A stretch of DNA of 60,832 bases. It comes from an uncultured bacterium. GTDB taxonomy: Bacteria > Bacteroidota > Bacteroidia > Flavobacteriales > Flavobacteriaceae. The stretch lies in contig CBDUDY010000001.1 in the NCBI GenBank assembly GCA_965366055.1, forward strand, positions 1 through 60,832, given 5' to 3'. Below are positions 51,114 through 60,557 of this stretch, piece by piece (within the stretch, counting starts at the first letter, position 1; each line of letters opens with the position of its first letter). The position numbers were made by a program, and so were the translations under genes. The notes under the pieces are model-generated. The model did no database searches. It was not told the DNA's origin and saw nothing but the letters and a program-made list of their open reading frames with translations.

Positions 51114-51397
51114 CTTAGTATATTTTCAGTATAGTATCTAATATAAATAACGCGTAAAATTGTTATATAATAAATAAGATTGTAAAAATCAATTTTACGG
51201 AAGTTTGTAAGTATTTCAACGGAAAGCCTACGTTTAGGCTAATGAGTAATTAATACATATAGAAATCATTGCTGACGGATGGAAAAATAGTTTTTGCAGT
51301 GGCAGAAACTCCAAATTGGAAAATGACAGCTGAAAATCTTTGACTGCCAAAATGTGCTAGAAGCTCTTGCAAAGATTTAAGCATAATTCTAAATTTT

Positions 51398-51688
51398 ATG
51401 AAAATTAAATCGATGATTTTAGCATTATTCCTTACAGTAGGAATGACTTTTGGGTATGCAAGCGGTTCGAAAACGAACTTGCCAGCTAGTGAAGCACTAT
51501 ATACTTCTTTTGACTTAGTTGAAAAAGTTGATGTTTCAGCAACATCATTTACATATGTAAACTACTTTTCAATTGAAGAAGACTGTAAATGGACTAAGTT
51601 CATTAAAGTAACAACCACAACGCATCTTTTTCTTGGCTATCATGTAGGGACCACTATAACTACAGAATTTATATGGCTGTGCGTATAA
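51398..51688 (+). CDS. Small secreted peptide precursor with C-terminal Cys...Cys segment
   Basis: Sec signal (MKIKSMILALFLTVGMTFGYA), acidic spacer ending EED, then CKWTKFIK...FIWLCV. Confidence 0.75.
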   Translation: MKIKSMILALFLTVGMTFGYASGSKTNLPASEALYTSFDLVEKVDVSATSFTYVNYFSIEEDCKWTKFIKVTTTTHLFLGYHVGTTITTEFIWLCV

Positions 51689-51697
51689 TTACTTTTC

Positions 51698-51729
51698 AAA
51701 TATTGTGCGAGTTTACTCGCACAATATTT
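51698..51729 (+). terminator. Perfect intergenic hairpin (attenuator or mRNA stabiliser) after the peptide gene
   Basis: AAATATTGTGCGAG-TTTA-CTCGCACAATATTT. Confidence 0.75.
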
Positions 51730-51754
51730 TCTCAACAATCAATACCTTTTTACT

Positions 51755-52624
51755 ATGAAGTTAGCCATAACAATTATTTTCGTAAGCTTTATTGTTTCTT
51801 GTAGTGGTCAGACGAAAGTTGACCTAAAGGAATCTAATTTTGAAGTTACCTCATCGGACTTAAAAACAACCACAACAGAAAAATTAGTAGAAGACTCTGC
51901 TAAAAAAGTGATGATTGATGTCAATTACAATTCCCAACAATTAAATCAAGATTATAAACTTATATATAATGAGAAATTTAATGCACCTGAAGAGTCCGTA
52001 ATGAATTTACCACCTCATATTCGGACAGAATTTTTAAAAATGCTGGATCAAGATGTTCATTATTCATTAATAATTAATGGGTATGAATCTCTGTATAAAA
52101 TTGTAGAGAGCACTAAATCTAGAGATTTTAGCATAGAGGAAGCATCTACGAACTCTAAAAGTAAAACTACATTGAAACTGCCAGAAGAGGAGATTTACAA
52201 AAACTTCAACACTTCAACATATATAAGAAGGAGAGAATTCTATGACAAAAATTATTTAATACATGATAGACTTAAGAAACTTGATTGGATCTTAATACAT
52301 GAAACTTTGAAGATTGGAGATTTTACTTGTAAAAAAGCAATTCTTAAGACGACACAAGGTATTACAGTAGCCTGGTATACAGATCAGATTCCTCTTAGTG
52401 AGGGTCCGTCAATGTTTTATGGTTTGCCAGGTTTAATCATTAAAGTTGAGGCGTACGACAGAAATTACAATCTAATTAGATTTGAAAAATTAAATAAAAA
52501 AATTCAAATAGAAAAGCCTAAAAATGGAATAGAAATTACCTTGGCAGAATTTGATAAAATTGTAGATCGAAGCAAGCAATCAACCATTGAGGAAAGCGTC
52601 TATGAAGAAAGTATCTCAGAGTAA
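51755..52624 (+). CDS. GLPGLI family lipoprotein
   Basis: IVSC lipobox; CKKA, AWYTDQIP, GPSMFYGLPGLI. Confidence 0.92.
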   Translation: MKLAITIIFVSFIVSCSGQTKVDLKESNFEVTSSDLKTTTTEKLVEDSAKKVMIDVNYNSQQLNQDYKLIYNEKFNAPEESVMNLPPHIRTEFLKMLDQDVHYSLIINGYESLYKIVESTKSRDFSIEEASTNSKSKTTLKLPEEEIYKNFNTSTYIRRREFYDKNYLIHDRLKKLDWILIHETLKIGDFTCKKAILKTTQGITVAWYTDQIPLSEGPSMFYGLPGLIIKVEAYDRNYNLIRFEKLNKKIQIEKPKNGIEITLAEFDKIVDRSKQSTIEESVYEESISE

Positions 52625-55208
52625 TTATGGTTTATTTTTATTTTTGTTATTTACAACTTCTATTTGGTCGCAGAGTACCTTCATAGGACAAATCGTTGAT
52701 AGCAAAAACGAAAATATTCCTATGGCTTTAGTGCAGACTTTGGATAGAGATACCATAAATATTTTAGCATATACTTTTGCAGATAAAGAGGGCAAATACC
52801 AGATTACTATTAGTGGAAAGGAAGAAATAATTTTTAAAATTTCATCATATAATTTTGAAGATTTAATTGTCAAAAAAGAAGTTACTAATAATAAAAATGA
52901 GCTAAACTTTATCTTAATTGAAAAAAGTACAGAATTAAAAGAGGTCATAGTTATAAGTCATCAAAGAACGGCGAAAATTAGTAATGATAGTATATCATTT
53001 AATTTGAAGACCATTAGAGATAGTACAGAGACAAATCTAGGTGATTTGATAAAAAAATTACCTGGATTAGAAATAGCTAGTGACGGTAAAGTAAAGTTTC
53101 AGGGCATTACTATTGATAGAATCTTAATTGATGGTCAGGAATTCTTTGGTAATAAACATAAAATCGCCACAGAAAATATTGGTGCAAATATGGTTGAAGG
53201 TATAGATCTACTTTTAAAACATAGTGATAACATTAATTTAAAAGAATTTGGTGAAAACTCTAAGATTGCTTTAAATATTAAATTAGATTCTAGAAATAAA
53301 AATTTACTAATAGGTAATTTGGAAGTTGCAGGAGGAATTTCGGAAAAGTACACCTCTCATTCAAATATATTTAAATTTATGAAAAACGGGAATATTTCCT
53401 TAATTACCGATTTTAACAATGTAGGGGAATTGCCATTAACTGTTCCAGATTATTTTGATATTATTGGCGGAGCCGAAAGTATTGTGGATCAAAGTAATAG
53501 TTTGACGAATGTTAGTGAGATGATTCCCGACTATATTTACAACGAAGATAAGAGACGTGAACGATCCAATTTATTTTCCGCATTAAATATCGCCTTTAAA
53601 ACAAAAGACTTTAAATTCAATTCAAATATTTTTTTTAATAGTTTTAATCAATTGGAACAACAATTAAATAATCGTTTTTTTTTAGATAATACAATTCCAC
53701 CAATTAATGAGATATATTTAAAAAAAAGTAGTTTTCTTCTCTTCTCTTCAATTTTTAAAATGCAATACGCAATTAATAAGAATTCGAACTTTAAATTTCT
53801 TTTGAATTTCGTTCCTTCTAATGGAGACTCTACCCAAGATATTATTAGTGTTTATAAATATGATACCTCATCGATAGAGAATAACATGGTTCTTAGCAGT
53901 CAGATCAGTTACCAATATAGAATAAATAAAAAATTTCTTTTTGCATCAGAATTGGCCTATAAGAAAGATAAAATTTCTAATTCTCTGGCTATTCTTTCAA
54001 GCGATAGTAATTTATATAATTTGAACTTATCCAGTTTTGATCAAAAATATTTGTATAATAATAGTCATTTTAATAGTAGTAATTCGCTGTTATTTAAAAA
54101 TAATAAAAATAAATATAAATATACACTTTCGTTAAGGACTAGTGATGAGCATTTAGAAACTGCTTTAGTGGGTACATTTTTTGAAAACAATATTCAGAGA
54201 AGTTTCAAAGAAGTCAGTAACAAAGTAGATATTACACATTATATTACTGAGAAAATATTTTTAAAGTATCAAATAGTACAAAATTTAGTCTTCATTAATT
54301 TAGATGAGAAAAATTTATTTGAAAACTATATTTCGTTTAATTACAACTTAAATGCAGCTAATAACTTTTCGCTGTCTTATCAAAATAAGAATAGCATTGT
54401 TGAGTTAATCAGACAACTGAAGAGCCCTTTTATTTTGGATTACTACACAATCAATATTCCGATGAATATTGAGAATAATCCCTTTATTAATAAAAAAACT
54501 TTTTCAATTGGTTATAATAATTATGGAAAAAGAGCCGAACAGTTCATTACTATAAATTTAAATTATTCATTTGCTAATCAAAATAATACAACAATTACAA
54601 ATTATGTAGATACATATTCTTTATTTTCTAATTATTTTGGTGTCGATTACGATAATTTTTATGGCGTATTAATCTATGATAGAAGATTTATCAAAGCACC
54701 TTTACAATTAAAAAGTACTTTATCTACTGACTATACAAGCACTACAAATTTTATAAATTCTAAGGCTAATATTTCGAAAGTCAGTAAAAATATATTTAAT
54801 TTAAGTTTAGTTTCTAGTTTCAAGAATCTAAAAACACAGTTTCAATTGTCATATCTTGCTGAATACAGTAGCTTACAGCAATCATTAATACCTGAAAGTT
54901 ATTCTTTAACTTCACAGAATGTCGGTTTAAAAATTATTTCAAAAGTTAATTCCTTTAAAGTGGAACCAAGTTTTAATTATTTATTTCAAAACGGAACTTT
55001 AGAAAGCAATTACCAAACTCTTTTAAATTTAAATGTAAATTTTGTAGATAAGCAGCAGAGATTCACATATTTTATCCATGGTAGTAATTTACTTAATATC
55101 GACAAATTTGAACAGATAACGCAAACTTCAAATAACATTATTTTCGAAAATACCATTCATTCGATGATTCCTGGATATGTTTTATTAGGAATTAAATATA
55201 ATTTCTAA
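52602..55208 (+). CDS. Outer-membrane beta-barrel protein (TonB-receptor-like) with N-terminal carboxypeptidase-regulatory-like domain
   Basis: ATG at 52602 overlaps the GLPGLI stop; ELKEVIV, DLIKKLPG, ILIDGQEFFG; C-terminal GIKYNF. Confidence 0.85.
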   Translation: MKKVSQSNYGLFLFLLFTTSIWSQSTFIGQIVDSKNENIPMALVQTLDRDTINILAYTFADKEGKYQITISGKEEIIFKISSYNFEDLIVKKEVTNNKNELNFILIEKSTELKEVIVISHQRTAKISNDSISFNLKTIRDSTETNLGDLIKKLPGLEIASDGKVKFQGITIDRILIDGQEFFGNKHKIATENIGANMVEGIDLLLKHSDNINLKEFGENSKIALNIKLDSRNKNLLIGNLEVAGGISEKYTSHSNIFKFMKNGNISLITDFNNVGELPLTVPDYFDIIGGAESIVDQSNSLTNVSEMIPDYIYNEDKRRERSNLFSALNIAFKTKDFKFNSNIFFNSFNQLEQQLNNRFFLDNTIPPINEIYLKKSSFLLFSSIFKMQYAINKNSNFKFLLNFVPSNGDSTQDIISVYKYDTSSIENNMVLSSQISYQYRINKKFLFASELAYKKDKISNSLAILSSDSNLYNLNLSSFDQKYLYNNSHFNSSNSLLFKNNKNKYKYTLSLRTSDEHLETALVGTFFENNIQRSFKEVSNKVDITHYITEKIFLKYQIVQNLVFINLDEKNLFENYISFNYNLNAANNFSLSYQNKNSIVELIRQLKSPFILDYYTINIPMNIENNPFINKKTFSIGYNNYGKRAEQFITINLNYSFANQNNTTITNYVDTYSLFSNYFGVDYDNFYGVLIYDRRFIKAPLQLKSTLSTDYTSTTNFINSKANISKVSKNIFNLSLVSSFKNLKTQFQLSYLAEYSSLQQSLIPESYSLTSQNVGLKIISKVNSFKVEPSFNYLFQNGTLESNYQTLLNLNVNFVDKQQRFTYFIHGSNLLNIDKFEQITQTSNNIIFENTIHSMIPGYVLLGIKYNF

Positions 55209-55588
55209 TAATCTATAAAATCATAAGATTCTTTCTTCAAATCTCGTGGGAATTGATTGATTATTAGTATTACAATTATGTCAAAAATCTTATAATTTGG
55301 GACTAAAATGATTGAGTTTTGCGGTACCTAATTGTGTAATTTTTATTTTAGCTTTTATAATTTTACATGATTTGCTACGTGTATTATCAGAAGTAGAATT
55401 AGAAATTCATCTGAACAATAATTCTTTTTCTATCTACTCCTACAGTAGGGTGCGACTCGATAATTATTAATAATATCATACTATAAATGATTCAATTTCA
55501 ATTTCATTTAAACTCGGAAATTTTGGAAAAACCACGATTTTAAAAGTTGATAATTGAGTAATAAAAAAATACTACACAAGCAGTAACA

Positions 55589-55872
55589 AAGGAAAAGGGC
55601 ATCTTTTGTTTGGAGCAGTACAACTAAGATCGCCATAAATGAGAAGGGATATAGTATATAGGTTGTTTCGTGGAACTTCTCAAAAAGCGGTAAATGTTGA
55701 GAAGTCGATAGCTCTGTTGGAGTAAATATATTTTATGGTGGATACGGCAAAAATTCTAAATTCTTCCAACAAAGTGCTTTTTCCAGATTTGGATGCAGAG
55801 TGTTCGTTTGCGGATGCTGATCCTGCTGATTCTTTCGAGAAGTTTGTAGATGCTCAGCCTTATCCCGTCGTA
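55589..55872 (+). pseudogene. nadA: Quinolinate synthase remnant
   Basis: KEKG...YIG..ELSQKA...FMVDTAKILNSSNKVLFPDLDAECSFAD resembles NadA (HFMAETAKILNP.K.VL.PDL.AGCSLAD); multiple stops; truncated. Confidence 0.75.
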
Positions 55873-56185
55873 CCACGTATGAAAAGTGCTCGGCTAAAGA
55901 AAAAATATGGAATAATAATGTTTGTATATCTTCTTAAATAGTAAAAATTTCTGCAGTATTTAAAAAAAAAAGTTTTGTCTGTTTTAAGTTTTAAGAATCA
56001 ACTATGCAGAAACTTCGCTCTGTAGCGTTCGGTCAATATCTTGATCTTTAAAAAGAATTTAGCTATTCTCTATTAGTAATAATTAATGCGAATTGCTTTA
56101 AATCAAAAACCGCACATTGCGCAGTCTTATTCTAAATTTTGGAAATCATCTCTCTTCAAATATGTAAATTTATCTTTTATTTACA

Positions 56186-56713
56186 CTATTTTTTGGTGTC
56201 GTTTTCACGCATATACTCAAGAATACTGCGAGCTTCTTTCTCTTTCAAGAATTGATTTGGCATTCGAACGAGACATAGTTCTAGTTGTTTCTGTAATTCA
56301 GGATCTTTGTCAAGCATAACTTCAGGATTAGTAATAAAATTCATAATCCACTCCGGACTGCGACGTCTAGTGACGCCTTTCCATCCTGGCCCCACAAGCA
56401 TTTCAGAACTCATTTTATGGCAAGAACTGCACTTTATTGCTGTTACTTTCTGACCAAAAACAGCCATTTCTTTGTCGATCCCTGCTGCTAAATCTATTTT
56501 TTTATATTTCCCTTCGCCAAGATCGGCATCATAGCTAGATGGGTCAGAATTTGCAGTATTTTCAAGTGAAGTACTAGCATCATCCGTTACTTTCTCTTTT
56601 TTGTCGCTACATGAAAAATTCAACAACGTGAGTACTATTAATAAAGTTAGATTTTTGATACTATTTTTTTTTGGTCTTAGTTTTGACAAAGTAAAGAATT
56701 TTAATGTGTCCAT
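56186..56713 (-). CDS. Cytochrome c lipoprotein
   Basis: FSC lipobox; CSSCH heme motif; VGPGWKGVT, PEWIMNFITNP, RMPNQ. Confidence 0.9.
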   Translation of the reverse strand: MDTLKFFTLSKLRPKKNSIKNLTLLIVLTLLNFSCSDKKEKVTDDASTSLENTANSDPSSYDADLGEGKYKKIDLAAGIDKEMAVFGQKVTAIKCSSCHKMSSEMLVGPGWKGVTRRRSPEWIMNFITNPEVMLDKDPELQKQLELCLVRMPNQFLKEKEARSILEYMRENDTKK

Positions 56714-57121
56714 TTTAGTTTTATAGATTTTAAATTTTGACTAAGATTTTTAAACATTTTATATGTTTTTGCCTTCCAAATTTTAGACTATTGTATTATA
56801 AAGTTCTTTTTCGAAGCATAAGCTTTTGAAAGCAGAGGGAGGAATTTTTCTGAAATACGGCTATCACAAATCAGGCGATATCTGTTATGCCACTTCCCAG
56901 TAGCCGATTATTATTAAAGCGAGGTCCACGAAATTGTCGATTTTACGTAGCCGAACTTCCCAAAATTACTTCCCAATATTTTCAATGGTAATACTTTTAC
57001 TATGTCAAATAAAAATCTAAAATTCCTAAGAATTTTTCTTTAGCTCTCTTCTGGATCGCTGAGCTAGTCGAAGAAAGTTTCCCAAGTTAGTCGAGCTGTG
57101 TTCTCCTATCTTGCCGAAGGA

Positions 57122-59119
57122 CTAAATTCCAAACTTCAAATTAAAAAATACATTTCTCCCCATTCTAGGAATATTATTCCAATCGCTGTAAGTAGAGTAG
57201 TAGGTATCCAAAACATTCTCAGCTCCGATTTTTGCAGTTAGGTTAGTTTTTTCGAAAGTAAAGGCTTTCGCCAAAGCAATATCGAAAACTCCATAAGAGG
57301 CCGTTCTATCTTCTCCATAGAAAGGATTGAAAGCGGTTTGTGCGGCGTTTCCGCGAAAAGCAAGCTCAGCAGTCATCTGATTTTTATAGTATTTCAAACC
57401 AGTTTTATATTGCAACGGACTTATAAAAGGCAAATTTCCTCCATCATTATCTTGCCCTTGACTATAGGTGGCTTGCGCCGAAAAAGTAAAAGCGTTTGTA
57501 AGTTTCTGTTCGAAAGTAATTTCTGCTGAAGCTATTGTCGCATAATTAAGGGCTTGATATACTTTTACACCATCCGCACCAATGGTCATCGGAAGAAACG
57601 ACGGCATCGGAATTCCAACGATATAATTTCGAATATTAAAATAAGATCCGCTTAACTTGATTTTAGATTTGTTGGTTTTATATGAGGCAAAAAAGTTTAC
57701 TTCCAAAGATTGCTCATTCTTAAGAGTTGGATTTCCAATATAATCATATCGATCGAAACTATTAAAAAGATAAAAGCCATATCCTTCCGAAACCGAAGCT
57801 GCGCGTTCCCCGTAACCCAATCCTGCACCATAGGCAAATCCCGCATTGCTGTAGTTGTAATTTATCGCTAGACTTTTTAAAATTCTTGTTTTTGTAGCTT
57901 CCATTTCTGGATAGATAATCTGCAAACTTTGAAGACCAAATAAATCTGTAACCTCATTGGTGTGCGAGGCTAAACTAGCCGAAATTTCTACTTCCGATTT
58001 TTCATTAAAAGTGATATGATCTTTCAATTGTAGCGCAATGTATCTGGTTTGCACATCTGGCCAAGTAAGCATAAACATCGCATTCTCGTTTGGATTATTT
58101 GGATACATGGTCATTTCTGCTCGAGAATCATTTAGAAATCCATTAATATCTGCGGTAAGATGATGCTGATTTTGATGTCTTTCTACAGTTGAGTAAAATC
58201 CATAAGTGGTAGACCATCCTGGCATATCCATTCGGATCGGAACATCGGGACGTTTACTATCGTCCATGACATGGGTAATTTTATTAAAGTAAAGTTTTGT
58301 ATCCCATTTAGAATACCAAGAATCCGAAGGCATAATTTTGTAGTTAGCAGATGCAATTATCGCTTCTGCCAGAGATACATCCATTGGCAACGCTGGATAG
58401 CCAACGTCTGTCGCTTTATCATAAATAATCGAGCCTTCCAATATGGAGTTAGAATTCAGCAAAAATCCAATATTTCCCGAAATGTTATACTTGCTATATT
58501 GACTGTATAGAACTTCTTCTCTGTTACCAGCGTAATAATTATCGGCATCTCTAGCCATTATCGCCGCATCAAAATAGAAAGTACTATCAGAATATTGAGT
58601 AGCAAGTCCGCCAATTTTTAGATTATTATTGGTTTCGTAACCCGCCTGAGCTGATCCGTGCCAACCATCATCCTTAAATGTTCCTCTCTGTCTTTTTAAA
58701 TCAATTCCACCTCCAATTGTAGATCCGTGGATTCCACCTTGCTGTCCAGATAAAATAGAAGCCTCAGACAAATTCGAAATTTCGACATAACTCGTTATCG
58801 GATCCATCTTGTCTGTGCAAGCACCAAAAATTCGCATTCCATCAATGGTAATCAATGTTCTTTCTGATGGCATATTATTAAGAAGCGGTTCCCAAGCGTA
58901 GCCACCTCTTTTTATCATATTTATTTTGGGAGAATTTTCTAAATATTCTTCAACCGTAGCAAGGGATTTCGACTGTTTTTTGTCAAGAGTCGCTTTCTGT
59001 CCGATCACGATTACTTCCTTTAGATTTTCAGTTGAGATACTATCTTTATCAATTTCTTGTGCATAAGATGAAGCTGTTGCCAATAGCACAGCAATCATCA
59101 AATAATTAAAGCTTTTCAT
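57122..59119 (-). CDS. TonB-dependent receptor, OprC-like copper transporter
   Basis: Signal peptide, LKEVIV TonB box, GACTDKMDP (CxxxM), THVMDD (HxM), Met-rich, GRN C-terminus. Confidence 0.82.
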   Translation of the reverse strand: MKSFNYLMIAVLLATASSYAQEIDKDSISTENLKEVIVIGQKATLDKKQSKSLATVEEYLENSPKINMIKRGGYAWEPLLNNMPSERTLITIDGMRIFGACTDKMDPITSYVEISNLSEASILSGQQGGIHGSTIGGGIDLKRQRGTFKDDGWHGSAQAGYETNNNLKIGGLATQYSDSTFYFDAAIMARDADNYYAGNREEVLYSQYSKYNISGNIGFLLNSNSILEGSIIYDKATDVGYPALPMDVSLAEAIIASANYKIMPSDSWYSKWDTKLYFNKITHVMDDSKRPDVPIRMDMPGWSTTYGFYSTVERHQNQHHLTADINGFLNDSRAEMTMYPNNPNENAMFMLTWPDVQTRYIALQLKDHITFNEKSEVEISASLASHTNEVTDLFGLQSLQIIYPEMEATKTRILKSLAINYNYSNAGFAYGAGLGYGERAASVSEGYGFYLFNSFDRYDYIGNPTLKNEQSLEVNFFASYKTNKSKIKLSGSYFNIRNYIVGIPMPSFLPMTIGADGVKVYQALNYATIASAEITFEQKLTNAFTFSAQATYSQGQDNDGGNLPFISPLQYKTGLKYYKNQMTAELAFRGNAAQTAFNPFYGEDRTASYGVFDIALAKAFTFEKTNLTAKIGAENVLDTYYSTYSDWNNIPRMGRNVFFNLKFGI

Positions 59120-59136
59120 AAACTTTGTTTTTAGAA

Positions 59137-59162
59137 ATGGTCGGATTCGTAAATCCGACCAT
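59137..59162. other. Intergenic hairpin inside the copper operon
   Basis: ATGGTCGGATT-cgta-AATCCGACCAT. Confidence 0.7.
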
Positions 59163-59185
59163 ATAATAATAGGAGGGAAATAAAT

Positions 59186-60064
59186 CTAGAATTCTACTTC
59201 AAAGAATAAAGTACTATTTTCTACAGCGCCCTCAATTGCTTGACCGCCTTGAAGTGTATTGCTAGCATCAAAAAGTTGCATATTCACTTTCCAATATCCA
59301 GTCATTGTAAGCGAAAGTTTTCCGTGGTATAGTTTGTCCAAAGAAGATTGAGTTAAGGCAACATTATTTGGCGATCCGTGATTTCCCATACTTGGCATAC
59401 GTGGATCAATTGCGATTTTCATATTGTCAACAATTGGAAAAGAAGTCATAGATGCCATTTTAAATATTCCAACCGTCATATCGTTCAACGCAACTTTTGG
59501 AGTTGTAGGTTCGATAAGAGCCAAAACATATTTCACACCATCAGCGCCCGTCAAAGTTGTAACTCTTCTTTTGGCAGATGCAGGAACTGTAATTGGCGCC
59601 ATTGCTTCAAACTCTTGACCATTTACAGTATATTTTACCGTAAGATCCCAAAATTCAGTTGCATTTTCGGGCATTTGAAATACAATATATCCATTGTATA
59701 AATTAGTTTTTCCTGAAACGGCAGTTATCGGCGAAAAAGGGCATGCGTGCATCATGCTTGTCATATGCATCATCGGCATCCAACTAATTGTTGATGGAGT
59801 GATATAAGAATTCGTTGTTTTGTCTTTAATGCGCAGAGAAATCGAATTATGACCTTGTTGCAAACTTCCAGTTGTAGAGTATAATTCTACAGTATGAGTT
59901 GGGTTTTCGAGAGTTTGAATTTTTAATAATCCGGCCGTATCGTCAGCGATAATAGGATTGTTATCATCGTCAGAACTACAAGCGTTCATTGAGAAAATTA
60001 AGATGAAAATTGAAAGGATTTTTGCTACAGAAAGCAAGATGTTTTTTGAAGATATCGTGTTCAT
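59186..60064 (-). CDS. Met/His-rich lipoprotein (YtkA/FixH-like, putative copper chaperone)
   Basis: Start MNTISSK at 60064; MNACS lipobox; MPMMHMTSMMHACP, PRMPSMGNHGSP, LSLTMTGYW. Confidence 0.75.
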   Translation of the reverse strand: MNTISSKNILLSVAKILSIFILIFSMNACSSDDDNNPIIADDTAGLLKIQTLENPTHTVELYSTTGSLQQGHNSISLRIKDKTTNSYITPSTISWMPMMHMTSMMHACPFSPITAVSGKTNLYNGYIVFQMPENATEFWDLTVKYTVNGQEFEAMAPITVPASAKRRVTTLTGADGVKYVLALIEPTTPKVALNDMTVGIFKMASMTSFPIVDNMKIAIDPRMPSMGNHGSPNNVALTQSSLDKLYHGKLSLTMTGYWKVNMQLFDASNTLQGGQAIEGAVENSTLFFEVEF

Positions 60065-60158
60065 TATTATAATTTTTTGTGTGAATTGTTTACATACATG
60101 ACTGCATCCATTGAACAAAAGTCAAAGGATAAAATCAATTAAAGTGTCAATAAAAAAA

Positions 60159-60524
60159 TTATGCTAATGTGGGCGGACGATATGAAGTATCTACAAGTAG
60201 ATGAGAGTAATTATTAAAGTAAAAATTACTGATTATCACGTAAGATGGAGTAGAAGCAAAAACTTGAGTTTGCTCAATTTTTTGAAAGAATAAAACTTCA
60301 GATTCTGAAATTGCTTTCTTATGAGATGACAACGGTTTTTCATTCTCAGAAGCTTGTGCAAGTTCCTTCATAAGGTGGCATTTACCGTTACATTCTAGCG
60401 CTGGAGTTGCCTTATTTTCACAAAGAACTTTGGAGATATAATCATAATTCACAACATACTCGATAACCGGAAGCACCGGTTTCAGAAGCAAGACTGTAAC
60501 AATTATGAATATAAAGGTTTTCAT
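60159..60524 (-). CDS. Conserved hypothetical Cys/His-motif protein heading the TonB operon
   Basis: YISKVLCENK...CNGKCHL; C-terminal RPP. Confidence 0.8.
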   Translation of the reverse strand: MKTFIFIIVTVLLLKPVLPVIEYVVNYDYISKVLCENKATPALECNGKCHLMKELAQASENEKPLSSHKKAISESEVLFFQKIEQTQVFASTPSYVIISNFYFNNYSHLLVDTSYRPPTLA

Positions 60525-60557
60525 AGTGCAAAGATACTTGAAAAGAATCTGTACTTA

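Noticed and set aside
980..59701. Numerous short antisense or overlapping ORFs in the track (e.g. 2664-3071, 10634-10966, 26489-26854, 59378-59701)
   Set aside because: Shadow ORFs of well-supported genes
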